From positions 1-44,536 of the forward strand of contig UQXK01000011.1 in assembly GCA_900544985.1 (NCBI GenBank): a DNA stretch of 44,536 bases, read 5' to 3'. This DNA comes from an uncultured Eubacteriales bacterium. Lineage in GTDB: Bacteria > Bacillota > Clostridia > Oscillospirales > CAG-272. Below the pieces are notes generated by a model. That model was not told where the DNA came from. It made no database searches and was given only the letters and a program-made list of their open reading frames with translations. Below, piece by piece: positions 10,329-20,526 of this stretch (its first letter is position 1; every line of letters starts with the position of its first letter). The translations under genes were made by a program, and so were the position numbers.

Positions 10329-11099
10329 ATGGACAAATCAGAAATTTTCGGAATTCCCGTCGACAATGTGACAAAAGAAGAAGCCGTAAACGCGGCGGTT
10401 TCAAGAATAGAAAAAGGCATTTATACAGTCGTTGTCACTCCGAATGCGGAGATAATCAAAAAATGCATAGATGACAAAAATGTAAAAAAAGCCGTCACAT
10501 CGGCAAATATGATACTTCCCGACGGCGACGGAACATTGTGGGCGGCAAAAGAGCTCGGCGTGCCATTGAAAGAAAAAGTCGCAGGAGTGGAATTCGGAAA
10601 AAATCTTATAAAAGAAGCGGCAGAAAAAGGATTTAAACTCTTTCTGCTCGGAGGGAAACCCGGCGTCGCGGAAAAAGCCGCCGAAAACTTAAAAAAAGAG
10701 TATCAAAATCTTTCGATATGCGGTTTTTCAGACGGATATTTCGGAAAAAGCGGCATAGAGTCTGATAAAATGATAAAAAAGATAAACGATTCGAAAGCGG
10801 ATATTTTATATGTTTGCCTCGGCGCACCCGCACAGGAAATATGGGTATATGAAAACCGCGAAAAATTATCCTCCGTAAAGCTCGTCGCCTGCCTTGGCGG
10901 AAGCCTTGATATATATGCAGGAACTGTCAAAAGAGCGCCTGCGCTCTTTGTAAAATTAAAGCTCGAATGGTTCTGGCGTCTTTTAAAACAGCCCACGCGC
11001 ATAGGACGCATGATGAATATACCGAAATTCATGATATATGTAAAAAAATATAAAAAACAAATGAAAAAAGAAAGCAGAGGAATTGCAAATGAAAGTTGA
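10329..11099 (+). CDS. WecB/TagA/CpsF-family glycosyltransferase (N-acetylmannosaminyltransferase-like)
   Basis: Family signature over the whole length, including the C-terminal LEWFWRLLKQPTR motif. Confidence 0.8.
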   Translation: MDKSEIFGIPVDNVTKEEAVNAAVSRIEKGIYTVVVTPNAEIIKKCIDDKNVKKAVTSANMILPDGDGTLWAAKELGVPLKEKVAGVEFGKNLIKEAAEKGFKLFLLGGKPGVAEKAAENLKKEYQNLSICGFSDGYFGKSGIESDKMIKKINDSKADILYVCLGAPAQEIWVYENREKLSSVKLVACLGGSLDIYAGTVKRAPALFVKLKLEWFWRLLKQPTRIGRMMNIPKFMIYVKKYKKQMKKESRGIANES

Positions 11100-11847
11100 A
11101 CTCATCACTTATACACCTGACGCGGATAAATTAGTCGCGGCTGCCGCAAAGCTTTGTTACGCGAAAAGCGATATAGACACTCTTCTTGACGGTCTTACAC
11201 CCGAAAAGACGGAGAGCTTTCTCAGTTTGCTTTCCTCTCTCGGACACGAAAGTCCGGTAGAGCACGCAAGCTTCACATTCGGGATAGAAGGAGTATCAAG
11301 AGCGCTTCTTGCACAGCTCACGCGACACAGAATCGCTTCATTCTCCGTTCAGAGCCAGAGATATGTGGCAAAATCAAACTTTTCCTACATAACTCCTCCG
11401 GAAATCGAAGCGATCCCCGAGGCAAAAGCCGAATTCGAGGCGGCTATGGCAGAAGACGCAAAGCATTACGAAAATCTTCGAGAAATATTGAAAAAAAATC
11501 ATAAAGAGCGCCTTATATCGGAAGGAAAAAGCGAAAAAGACGCCGAAAAAGCGGCAGAAAAACTCGCAAACGAAGACGCGCGCTTCGTTCTCCCCAACGC
11601 CTGCGATACCAGAATCATTATGACAATGAACGTGCGCTCTTTATATAATTTCTTCTCTTTAAGATGCTGCAACCGCGCGCAATGGGAAATACGAGAGCTC
11701 GCAACAAAGATGTTGTCGCTTGTAAAAAAAGCCGCCCCGCTTCTCTTTAAAAACGCAGGACCTTCATGCGTTCACGGAGCTTGCGCGGAAGGCTCTATGA
11801 CATGCGGAAAAATCCAAGAAGTCAGGAAAAAATTCTCCGAACTTTAA
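11089..11847 (+). CDS. thyX: FAD-dependent thymidylate synthase
   Basis: The ThyX motif RHRIASFSVQSQRY (RHRxxxxxxS) is present. Length is ~250 aa. Confidence 0.85.
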   Translation: MKVELITYTPDADKLVAAAAKLCYAKSDIDTLLDGLTPEKTESFLSLLSSLGHESPVEHASFTFGIEGVSRALLAQLTRHRIASFSVQSQRYVAKSNFSYITPPEIEAIPEAKAEFEAAMAEDAKHYENLREILKKNHKERLISEGKSEKDAEKAAEKLANEDARFVLPNACDTRIIMTMNVRSLYNFFSLRCCNRAQWEIRELATKMLSLVKKAAPLLFKNAGPSCVHGACAEGSMTCGKIQEVRKKFSEL

Positions 11848-11992
11848 TAAAAAAACAGGCAAGGCACCTCGCATGGATAGATTGATTATTATCGTTTTAC
11901 CGCATGATAGCCCAAACAGCTATAAAATCTCATAAAATTTTCCCGGTAAAAAAACAGTGTATATCATCGGGAATTTAACAGATATAGAACAA

Positions 11993-12037
11993 AAAAGCAC
12001 ACTTTCTTCGCAAGCGAAGCACAGTGTGCTTTTTATA
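11993..12037. terminator. compound hairpin terminator between convergent thyX and GNAT genes
   Basis: The sequence aaagcacactttcttcgcaagcgaagcacagtgtgcttttt forms a nested stem-loop with a T-run. Confidence 0.6.
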
Positions 12038-12072
12038 TAAAGCTATATTTTATCAAAATCGATAAACAGGAT

Positions 12073-12486
12073 TTATTTGCGGATAACTCGCCTCATTCCG
12101 GAACCGCAAAATTCGTGAGGAATTATTTTAAATCCTCTTTTCTCATAAAATTTTTCTTTTCCTTTTTCTGCAATTAACTGTATGCTTGAACGGCCGCCGA
12201 CCGGTGTTTCTCTATTGACATAGTCAACTATCATATTCAATATCGTGCTTCCAATACCCAATTTCTGATAGGTGGGTAACACTACAATATCAACTATCAT
12301 GTAATACATTCCGTCGCCTATAAGTCTTCCCATTCCGACCGCTTGACCGTCATTATCCGCGACCACTGTATATAAACTTCTTTCGAGTGATTTTTCCGTT
12401 TGTGTTTTTGAAAAATTCGTCCAGCCCACACTTTGTCGGAGTCTGCAATAATCCTCATAAGACAGGGTATTTTCTTTATAATCCAT
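12073..12486 (-). CDS. GNAT-family N-acetyltransferase
   Basis: Acetyl-CoA binding motif QKLGIGSTIL plus the C-terminal EKFYEKRGF. Confidence 0.75.
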   Translation of the reverse strand: MDYKENTLSYEDYCRLRQSVGWTNFSKTQTEKSLERSLYTVVADNDGQAVGMGRLIGDGMYYMIVDIVVLPTYQKLGIGSTILNMIVDYVNRETPVGGRSSIQLIAEKGKEKFYEKRGFKIIPHEFCGSGMRRVIRK

Positions 12487-12721
12487 ATAAAAACACTTCC
12501 TTAGAATTGCCGTTTATCGTAATTGCATTATAACAAAAGCAAAAACAAAAAGCAAGAACAGAGTCGAAATGACACAAAATCCCGCCGTTCTTATTTTTCG
12601 GATATTTTTTGTCTCTTCTCCTTTACTTTTCTTTATCGCTATTGTATAATTAGTAAATAAACTTATAATCTTTATATGATAAGGTATTTTACATATATTT
12701 TTCGAAAGGCAGAATGACCAA

Positions 12722-13900
12722 ATGAAAAAAAAGCTTCTTGTACTCGGCGAAAGCTATATGAATTTACAGATGCATACAAATCCCGTTACAAAAGATGAAA
12801 AAACAACTTACGGTGACACATACAGTTTTCATCCTTACGGTGTTGGCGCCACAACGGCTATTTCAGCGGCAAAGCTCGGAGCGGATTGCACTTTCTGTAC
12901 AAAGCTCGGAGACGACCAAAACGGAGAAAGACTTAAAAAATATTACAAATCATGCGGCATAGACATATCTTTTGTCACAACGGACAAAAATTCAAAGACA
13001 GGCATGAGCGTTACGCTTTTCAGCGATAACCAGAACGGCCACACATATATTTCGAAATCCGCAAATCTCACTCTGTCGAAAAAGGATATAGAAGACGCAT
13101 TTTCCTCATGTCCCGATATGTTCATAGTTCCGCAGGATATTCTTGTTTCTGAAAACGCAAATTCATCAGAAGATATCAGAGAAGATGAAGCAGATACTCC
13201 CACGGAAATGATCGATATTTCCGAAATGGCGGAAACCGCACCTGCGGATAATAACGCCGTAAAAGATGAAGAGGAAAACGATTTTTCACAGACCATCGTA
13301 TTCTCAAACAAAATAACAGAAACCGAAAACGCAAAACCCGAAAAAGAAGCCAAAAAGGAAAAAAAGCCTGTATACTCAGATCCGTACAAAGACAATCTCT
13401 CCATGTACGCGATAAATCTTGCGGAAGAAAAACACGTCGACCTGTTTGTACACTACGGAAAAAATTCTTCAAAATTGCCTCTTAATAAGATAAACGGAAT
13501 AAAGATTCTTGTTATCTCCGACGAAGCGCTTTACGATGTCTCCGGAATATTCCCCAACAGCATAGACAAAACGCTCCGCGCGATAATTCCGTTCGCGGCA
13601 AAAATCCACTCAAAATATTATGTTATCCAGCAAGGCAACGATAAGGCATTTATATACGACGGAAAGTATTACGAAATCATTACGCTTCCCGCTCCCCTCA
13701 AAGCAAAAGCACACCAGGAAAGCCCCCGTATGCACGGAACATATATAGGAGCGCTCGCCGCAAGATTTCTCGAAACGAACGATATAATGGACGCTTGCCG
13801 CTATGCCGGCGTTGTAAGCATCATGACCCGTTCAAAATTCGGCTGTCTTGATCATGCACCGACAAGAGACGAAGTTGCGGAATTTACCGCGGAACAATAA
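12722..13900 (+). CDS. PfkB/ribokinase-family protein, degenerate (pseudo-kinase-like), with ~150-aa acidic insertion
   Basis: The N-terminus aligns to the ribokinase fold (LVLGESYMNL...GVGATTAISAAKLGADCTFCTKLGDDQNGERL). The C-terminus HGTYIGALAA...PTRDEV aligns to the anion-hole region. The GG and GAGD catalytic motifs are replaced by GV and HGTY. Confidence 0.6.
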   Translation: MKKKLLVLGESYMNLQMHTNPVTKDEKTTYGDTYSFHPYGVGATTAISAAKLGADCTFCTKLGDDQNGERLKKYYKSCGIDISFVTTDKNSKTGMSVTLFSDNQNGHTYISKSANLTLSKKDIEDAFSSCPDMFIVPQDILVSENANSSEDIREDEADTPTEMIDISEMAETAPADNNAVKDEEENDFSQTIVFSNKITETENAKPEKEAKKEKKPVYSDPYKDNLSMYAINLAEEKHVDLFVHYGKNSSKLPLNKINGIKILVISDEALYDVSGIFPNSIDKTLRAIIPFAAKIHSKYYVIQQGNDKAFIYDGKYYEIITLPAPLKAKAHQESPRMHGTYIGALAARFLETNDIMDACRYAGVVSIMTRSKFGCLDHAPTRDEVAEFTAEQ

Positions 13901-13901
13901 T

Positions 13902-14339
13902 ATGCAGAAAAAAGCAAAAAAAATTCTCGGAGTCGATTACGGCGAAGCAAGAACCGGACTTGCCCATTCGGACAATCTCGGCATATTCGCCGTCGGCATG
14001 GGAAATATAAAAAGCTACAACAAAGAAAAAGCCGCGGAAGAAGTGGCAAAAAATGCGGAAGATATCGGCGCAGATCTTATCGTACTCGGCAAACCCGTCA
14101 ATATGGACGGAACATGCGGCGAAAAAGTCCGTGCGGTGGAATATTTCGCAGAGCTTATAAAAGCACATACCGAAATACCGATAGATTTTTTCGACGAGAG
14201 ATTATCAACGGTATCTGCACACAGATTTCTTACCGACAGCGGAATAAAAGCAAAAAATCACAGAAAAATCGTAGACTCTCTTGCAGCGGAAATAATCCTG
14301 CAAGGATATATGGATATGCAAAAAAATAAAATTCAATAG
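13902..14339 (+). CDS. ruvX: Holliday-junction resolvase-like nuclease RuvX/YqgF
   Basis: ILGVDYGEARTGLAHSD is the YqgF N-terminal catalytic motif. The start ATG is 1 nt after the PfkB-like stop. Confidence 0.8.
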   Translation: MQKKAKKILGVDYGEARTGLAHSDNLGIFAVGMGNIKSYNKEKAAEEVAKNAEDIGADLIVLGKPVNMDGTCGEKVRAVEYFAELIKAHTEIPIDFFDERLSTVSAHRFLTDSGIKAKNHRKIVDSLAAEIILQGYMDMQKNKIQ

Positions 14340-14358
14340 ACAAAAGGATATATAAAAA

Positions 14359-15756
14359 ATGAATCACGAAGAAAAAACAATGGAAAAAATCGTAGCGCTG
14401 TGCAAGGGACGCGGCTTTATTTTCCCCGGATCCGAAATTTACGGCGGTCTTGCAAACACTTGGGATTACGGTCCGCTCGGCGTAGAACTCAAAAACAACA
14501 TAAAAAAAGCATGGTGGAAAAAATTCGTACAGGAAAACAAATACAATGTAGGACTTGACGCCGCCATACTTATGAATCCGCAAACATGGGTAGCCTCCGG
14601 TCACCTTGCGGGATTTTCCGATCCTCTCATGGATTGCCGCGAATGCCACGAACGTTTCCGTGCGGACAAGCTCATCGAAAACTTCTGCGAAGAAACGGGA
14701 CACACTCTCGAAAAACCGATAGATGCATTTTCGCAAGCCGAAATGAAGGCGTTCGTCGAAGAAAACAATATTCCCTGTCCCACCTGCGGAAAGCATAATT
14801 TTACGGATATACGCCAATTCAACCTTATGTTCAAAACATTCCAGGGCGTTACGGAAGATGCAAAGAACACAGTATATCTCCGTCCCGAAACGGCGCAAGG
14901 CATATTCACAAACTTTACGAATGTACAGCGCACAACGCGCAAAAAGCTCCCCTTCGGTATAGGTCAGATAGGAAAATCGTTCAGAAACGAGATCACTCCC
15001 GGAAACTTTATTTTCCGTGTACGCGAATTTGAGCAGATGGAGCTTGAATTTTTCTGCAAACCCGGTACGGATCTCGAATGGTTCTCTTATTGGAGAAGCT
15101 TCTGCCATAATTTCCTGCTCTCCCTTGGCATAAAAGACGATCATCTCCGCCTCCGCGACCATGATCCTGAAGAGCTTTGCTTCTATTCCAAAGCGACGAC
15201 AGACTTTGAATATCTCTTCCCGTTCGGTTGGGGAGAACTTTGGGGCGTTGCTGACAGAACAGACTACGACCTTACTCAGCATCAGACAACCTCCGGAAAA
15301 GATATGTCTTACTTCGATCCCGAAACAAATGAACGCTACATTCCTTATGTAATAGAGCCGAGTCTAGGCGTCGAAAGAAGCTTGCTTGCAATTCTCTGCG
15401 ATGCATACGATGAAGAAGCAGTCGACGAAAAAGATGTACGTACCGTTATGCACTTCCATCCGGCGCTCGCGCCCGTCAAAGCCGCAGTTCTTCCCCTCTC
15501 AAAGAAGCTTTCCGACAAAGCCGCAGAAATATACGACGAACTCTCGAAACATTTCAACACAGATTTTGATGAAGCGGGCTCAATCGGTAAAAGATATCGC
15601 AGACAAGACGAGATCGGAACACCGTTCTGCATAACATACGATTTCGATTCCGAAAACGACGGTTGCGTTACCGTACGCGACAGAGATACAATGACTCAGG
15701 AAAGAATAAAAATAGAAGATCTTGTAGCTTACATCGAAAAAAGAATGGAATTCTGA
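14359..15756 (+). CDS. glyQS: glycine--tRNA ligase (alpha2 type)
   Basis: [34 protein letters not shown] matches the GlyQS N-terminus. Class II motifs are present. Confidence 0.9.
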   Translation: MNHEEKTMEKIVALCKGRGFIFPGSEIYGGLANTWDYGPLGVELKNNIKKAWWKKFVQENKYNVGLDAAILMNPQTWVASGHLAGFSDPLMDCRECHERFRADKLIENFCEETGHTLEKPIDAFSQAEMKAFVEENNIPCPTCGKHNFTDIRQFNLMFKTFQGVTEDAKNTVYLRPETAQGIFTNFTNVQRTTRKKLPFGIGQIGKSFRNEITPGNFIFRVREFEQMELEFFCKPGTDLEWFSYWRSFCHNFLLSLGIKDDHLRLRDHDPEELCFYSKATTDFEYLFPFGWGELWGVADRTDYDLTQHQTTSGKDMSYFDPETNERYIPYVIEPSLGVERSLLAILCDAYDEEAVDEKDVRTVMHFHPALAPVKAAVLPLSKKLSDKAAEIYDELSKHFNTDFDEAGSIGKRYRRQDEIGTPFCITYDFDSENDGCVTVRDRDTMTQERIKIEDLVAYIEKRMEF

Positions 15757-15765
15757 AAAAGCAAA

Positions 15766-15801
15766 AAACACATATGCTTAGGCATATGTGTTTTTTATTT
15801 T
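15766..15801 (+). terminator. rho-independent terminator after glyQS
   Basis: The sequence aaacacatatgcttaggcatatgtgttttttatttttt is a perfect stem plus T-run. Confidence 0.8.
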
Positions 15802-16075
15802 TTGCAAGTGTGCATTTAATGAATCAAAAAAATATATATTTATATTAAAATGTTTTCGGTCGCTGAAAATTCATATTCTCCGTTTTGCGTCTTTCATCGG
15901 TTTTAATATTTCGGGACACAAAATATTCGGGCTGTGTTGCCGTATGTCTGTATATAATAATATTATTATGAAGACTTTATCATTATTTTACATAATATGA
16001 ACTACAAGACCGTCTAAACCGTTTTTTATTTTTGGTAAAGTATTTCTATATAGATATTTTTTATAGGAGATACTC

Positions 16076-16315
16076 ATGCCTACGCTAAAATTCAAATTTG
16101 CAAGCGCAATATTAAATTCGAGAATCAAACACGGATACACACAGCAACAGGTTGCAGAAGCAACTTCGATATCGGTGCGCTGGTATCAGAGAATAGAACA
16201 CGGAGAAAGGCTTCCCAATACTATAATTTTTCTCCGAATAGCGCTGTTTCTGGATATTGACATAAAAGAATTTCAAGATGTAATAGGTCTTTCCGAAACA
16301 TTTATATGTAAATAG
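16076..16315 (+). CDS. XRE-family HTH transcriptional regulator (79 aa)
   Basis: HGYTQQQVAEATSISVRWYQRIEHGERLP is a Cro/C1 HTH. An AGGAGA RBS is present. Confidence 0.7.
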   Translation: MPTLKFKFASAILNSRIKHGYTQQQVAEATSISVRWYQRIEHGERLPNTIIFLRIALFLDIDIKEFQDVIGLSETFICK

Positions 16316-16581
16316 AAGAATAATAAATAACGGGAAATATATCATCATACAAGAAGACCGATCAAGACGGATATAACGCCGCCGGAAATAGCCGCTATTA
16401 TAGCAGTAACTATTTGCTGTAATCGAATTTTAGATTATATTTCGATGGTTTACGACTTATTCAATAGCGCTCTGAATGTTTTATCCCGGCAATATAAAAT
16501 CACCGAGAGCCCGTTAAGGTAGCACTCGGCGATTTTGCCATGTCCTATTTCAAATCACACTATAAATCATAACTTTATAAG

Positions 16582-17889
16582 TCAATTGAAATCCTTAAAA
16601 TAATCATGGTTGACTTCAAAAAGCTCGTCACACATACGTCGGATCTCTTCCAACGAGAGCACAGCGGAGCAAAGAGGATCCAAGGACACCGCCTGATATA
16701 CAAGTTGCTTGGATTTCTTCTCCCATGCTTCTACCACAAGATTTTCTATCGATGCAGTGTAGGAAACCAATGTGGCAACCGCCGAAGGTAACTTTCCTTG
16801 ATAAAGACGTGTGTACCCTTTTTCATCAGCCAAAACAGGTATTTCCACGCAGGCGTCATATGGGAGATTTTCAACGCTTCCGTTATTGATGATGTTGGCA
16901 TTAAAAACAAAAGGCGTATGATCACCCAAACGCGCATTCAGGATATAAGCGGCATATTCTCTTCCGCGTTCCCGCTTAACTTCCTTTTTCATAAACTGAT
17001 CCACCAAAGAATCAAATCTATTAGGATCGCGGCGAATGTTCAGAGAAAAAGCGTATTCTCCCGGATTCCAGTTTGATCCCTTTGCGTTGCAATATTTCAG
17101 AATAAGGTCGGGACGCTTGCGAAACCATGCGTTATATTCAGAATTATGTCCGCTTGATTCGGTTACGTAATATCCAAACATCCTGAACATTTCGTTGCGA
17201 ACTTTTTCCTTATCATAATATTCGGGATCTTCGATTTTTTGACGAAGTATGGGATATATATCCTCTCCGTTATGTGTAAGCTTGGTAAAGAACGCCATAT
17301 GGTTTATTCCCACACACGTATACTCTATCTCTTTAAGACGAAAACCCGCCCATTGAGCAAGCATTTCCGCTGTTCCCTGCACACTGTGGCAAAGACCCGT
17401 CACATCTACCTTTGTGTATGTCTGCATCGCCTTACAAAGCATGCTCATGGGATTTGTATAATTCAACATGATAGCATTAGGGCAAATTCTCTCTATATCC
17501 CGACAAATATCCAACATAAGAGGTATATTGCGCAATGCACGAAAAATCCCAGAAACGCTCCTTGTATCGCCTATATTGATATCCACACCATATTTCTTCG
17601 GAATGAGTATCTCATGTTGCCAAATATCAACGTCTCCGTTGAACACCGTACAAATAACAGCATCAGCACCTGTCAGACCTTCCTCACGGCTGGTAGTAGA
17701 TGTAATACGGATATCAGACCCCATTTCATCTTTAATGTGCTCCACACATCTTTTTATTTTTTCCAGGCGATAAGCATCAATATCCATTAAGCAGATTTCC
17801 GCACCGTCAAGTGCCGGATATGTGGTTATATCATGTACCACTGCCGTGGTGAATTGAACGCTTCCCGCTCCGATAAATGTAATTTTCAC
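16582..17889 (-). CDS. glycoside hydrolase family 4 (NAD+/Mn2+-dependent alpha-glucosidase/alpha-galactosidase-type)
   Basis: MKITFIGAGSVQFT is the N-terminal Rossmann motif. Family-wide similarity (CHSVQGT, NPxxM). Length ~435 aa. Confidence 0.85.
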   Translation of the reverse strand: MKITFIGAGSVQFTTAVVHDITTYPALDGAEICLMDIDAYRLEKIKRCVEHIKDEMGSDIRITSTTSREEGLTGADAVICTVFNGDVDIWQHEILIPKKYGVDINIGDTRSVSGIFRALRNIPLMLDICRDIERICPNAIMLNYTNPMSMLCKAMQTYTKVDVTGLCHSVQGTAEMLAQWAGFRLKEIEYTCVGINHMAFFTKLTHNGEDIYPILRQKIEDPEYYDKEKVRNEMFRMFGYYVTESSGHNSEYNAWFRKRPDLILKYCNAKGSNWNPGEYAFSLNIRRDPNRFDSLVDQFMKKEVKRERGREYAAYILNARLGDHTPFVFNANIINNGSVENLPYDACVEIPVLADEKGYTRLYQGKLPSAVATLVSYTASIENLVVEAWEKKSKQLVYQAVSLDPLCSAVLSLEEIRRMCDELFEVNHDYFKDFN

Positions 17890-18049
17890 GTTTTCTCTCC
17901 TTTACTTTGATAAATCTATTTTAATAGATTTTTTGCGGAAATAAAATATAAAATAGTGCTATATTCCGTAAAAAACATTGTTTTTTTGCTATTTACTCTT
18001 GTATATGTTTCTTGGATATGATAAAATGCTTCAAACGGAGGTGAATATA

Positions 18050-18856
18050 GTGAAAATCTATTACGGCAAAAGCGATATCAAGGCTCCTCCAAGCGAGCAC
18101 ACTGCAAACTTGGTTTCCACAGGTTTATGCCGATGTGAAAAAAACGATATGCTGACCCTGAGAAGAGAGGGGCGCGTAGATTGGTCTCTTTTCTACTGTG
18201 AACGCGGTTTTGTGGATTTCAACGGCACTCATATCCTTCCGGGAGAGATATGGATATATCCGCCCGCGGTTATGCAACGATATGCCATTTATCTGCAGGA
18301 TAGATCGGTTTATCATTATCTCCACTTTAACGGAAAACATATCGAGAAACTTTTCTGCGAGTTGCATATTCCCATTCAAGAGCCGATATGTTACGTCAAG
18401 GAAGATTTGACAGATATATTTCACAAGCTATCATTAAATGCCGAAGAAAACAGCTCTCTTTCCCGCCTTCGTGCTGAATATCTTATCTTATATCTGTTGT
18501 CAAAGCTTGCAAAGCCCTCTGAACAGGAAAAAAACTTTGGCGTTATGAAACGTATCACCGACCATATGGAGCACACTTTCGCCGCCCCGTATCAAGCGGA
18601 TAAATATGCCGATATGTTACATATCAGCGTCAGTAGATTTAATCACTTGTTTAAAGAAACTGTCGGAATTTCCCCATATACCTATTATCTTAACATCCGT
18701 CTCAATAACGCACAAGGTTTATTGGAGCAAAGCGATTTGAAAATCCATGAAATTGCTCAAAGCTGTGGATTCAAGGACGCGTTATACTTTACACAAGCTT
18801 TCAAAAAATACACCGGCTTTACACCGACAACATACAGAAAAGCAAAAAAACTGTGA
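18050..18856 (+). CDS. AraC-family transcriptional regulator (sugar-responsive), divergent from the GH4 gene
   Basis: C-terminal dual HTH (LFKETVGISPYTYYLNIRLNNAQGLL ... YFTQAFKKYTGFTPTTYRK). N-terminal cupin-like domain. GGAGGTG lies 7 nt before GTG at 18050. The track's upstream extension is unlikely. Confidence 0.75.
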   Translation: MKIYYGKSDIKAPPSEHTANLVSTGLCRCEKNDMLTLRREGRVDWSLFYCERGFVDFNGTHILPGEIWIYPPAVMQRYAIYLQDRSVYHYLHFNGKHIEKLFCELHIPIQEPICYVKEDLTDIFHKLSLNAEENSSLSRLRAEYLILYLLSKLAKPSEQEKNFGVMKRITDHMEHTFAAPYQADKYADMLHISVSRFNHLFKETVGISPYTYYLNIRLNNAQGLLEQSDLKIHEIAQSCGFKDALYFTQAFKKYTGFTPTTYRKAKKL

Positions 18857-18992
18857 TAAAGAAAAAATCCGACCTTATTTTCACTTCATTTGTGATTGTA
18901 AAGTCGGTTTATAATTTTTTCCGTATTTAATTACTATTCAAGGTTATATGTACATATATATGCTTTACTTGATTTCTTGCATATTCTGTTAA

Positions 18993-19038
18993 AAAATATA
19001 AATCAGACATACTATAAAAAGTATGTCTGATTTTATTT
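18993..19038. terminator. bidirectional rho-independent terminator ending the minus-strand 6-gene operon
   Basis: The sequence aaatcagacatactataaaaagtatgtctgattttatttttt is a 13-bp perfect stem, A-rich on the 5' side and T-rich on the 3' side. Confidence 0.75.
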
Positions 19039-19039
19039 T

Positions 19040-19492
19040 TTATTCTTGCTCTGACATAGTCATATCCGTCAACGGCTGTAAAAGCTTTACCATATCATCA
19101 TCAATAAGTTCATTAAACATAAATTGGACATAATCAACAACTGATTTGGCAGAGAAAATATTGATTGCAGAATGACTTACACGTAAATACTCGTTCTCGG
19201 GATTAATATTTACAGATAAAAACAAGCTCTCCGAATTAAAGGTATTGGAAAGGATAAGAGGTGTCTCACTTATAAAAAGCTTATCAAAAATAAAATCCAA
19301 GAAAACCATTCCGCTCTCGTAAGCATTTATGATCATATCGAATTCACCTTTATAATCATCGCAACTAAATCCTGCAACAGTAACTTTCAAACAATTTGGT
19401 TCAAAAGTCATTTGAAAATTTGGTTTCGGCCAATTCTCATATTGACCAAAATATTTTTTTAATTCGTTTTGGCACTCTAAAAGATTAAGCAT
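19040..19492 (-). CDS. hypothetical cytoplasmic protein (150 aa), last gene of the TIR/protease/SPFH operon
   Basis: ORF with an AAAGGA RBS, 34 nt after the protease stop. No recognisable domain. Confidence 0.5.
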   Translation of the reverse strand: MLNLLECQNELKKYFGQYENWPKPNFQMTFEPNCLKVTVAGFSCDDYKGEFDMIINAYESGMVFLDFIFDKLFISETPLILSNTFNSESLFLSVNINPENEYLRVSHSAINIFSAKSVVDYVQFMFNELIDDDMVKLLQPLTDMTMSEQE

Positions 19493-19526
19493 TTTTTATT
19501 TTTCCTTTCAATCAGTATTTTTAAAT

Positions 19527-20504
19527 TTATTCTCCATGTTCTTTACCACAATCAGGACAGTGTATTATGTGATTTTGGTTAGTTGCATTATTGCTTCCGC
19601 ATTCCGGACATGTTGCAGGTTTAATTTGACTCCACCCTTTCGCCCCTCTGTTTTCGATTATATAAGGACTATCTTTTCTTGATAAACACATATTTAACAA
19701 CTTATAGGCATAATTTGACGGAACTGCGTAATTTGTGCCGTTATCAAGGTCATTTTTATCAAAGCCGCTGTCTAAAACACCAATTACATTAGCATCTTCG
19801 TCAAAAACAGGTCCACCGGAATTACCATGAAAAGCCGCGCAATCAACTAAAAGATGAGGCTTGCCATCATTACGTCTAGGTCGTAATTTATCACTCAAAA
19901 TTCCCATTGAGATACAAGTTCCTTCTCCATTTGCATTTCCGACAATATAAATTGTTTGCCCTGTGCGAAGTTTGTTTGAATCCGCAAAATTAAGTACCCT
20001 TGCATTGTGAGGAACACGTTGAAGTTTCAAAACAGCAATATCCTGATACTCGACTTCTCTTGTGCTCCATCCGACAGCGACAACAGTGGCCGGAATTTTT
20101 TCACCGCATATTTTAGCTATCATATTATTGTAAATACGTCTGCCATCGGTAACACAATGTGAACAAGTTATCATAAAACCGCTGTTATGAACAAGAAAAG
20201 CACTACCACTTCCACAATCAAAGTATATCTCAGCAACTCCATTTACCACCTTGCTGTATAAGGCATCGCCCGCCATTTTCATTGACGGTGAATCCTTCTC
20301 GATCGGAAATGTTGGGGAGGTAATCATAGGTCTTCTTTCAGTAGTCGGATATGTCGGTGAATCATATGAAAAAGAAGGCGTCATATTAAGTTTTGAAGTT
20401 TGCATTTTTGAATTATTATTAGGATTTACAGTTTCCCCGCAATATGGGCAATAATAAGAATTTCCCATCGGCACCATCATCATGCCGCAAGAACTACAAT
20501 TCAT
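19527..20504 (-). CDS. trypsin-like (S1/chymotrypsin fold) serine protease flanked by N- and C-terminal zinc-ribbons
   Basis: Catalytic triad context: TCSHCV (His), QDIAVLKL (Asp), GNSGGPVF (Ser). CxxCG...CPYCG lies at the N-terminus and CPECG...CPDCG at the C-terminus. AGGAGG lies 5 nt before the ATG. Confidence 0.75.
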   Translation of the reverse strand: MNCSSCGMMMVPMGNSYYCPYCGETVNPNNNSKMQTSKLNMTPSFSYDSPTYPTTERRPMITSPTFPIEKDSPSMKMAGDALYSKVVNGVAEIYFDCGSGSAFLVHNSGFMITCSHCVTDGRRIYNNMIAKICGEKIPATVVAVGWSTREVEYQDIAVLKLQRVPHNARVLNFADSNKLRTGQTIYIVGNANGEGTCISMGILSDKLRPRRNDGKPHLLVDCAAFHGNSGGPVFDEDANVIGVLDSGFDKNDLDNGTNYAVPSNYAYKLLNMCLSRKDSPYIIENRGAKGWSQIKPATCPECGSNNATNQNHIIHCPDCGKEHGE

Positions 20505-20526
20505 AAAAACCTCCTTATTTAGAAAA

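Noticed and set aside
14340-14358. Possible T-box leader upstream of glyQS
   Set aside because: Only ~20 nt separate ruvX and glyQS. There is no room for a T-box, so glyQS is apparently co-transcribed with ruvX.
14230-15282. 350-aa minus-strand ORF
   Set aside because: It is entirely antisense to glyQS, whose product has unmistakable GlyRS motifs. It has no homology-like features.
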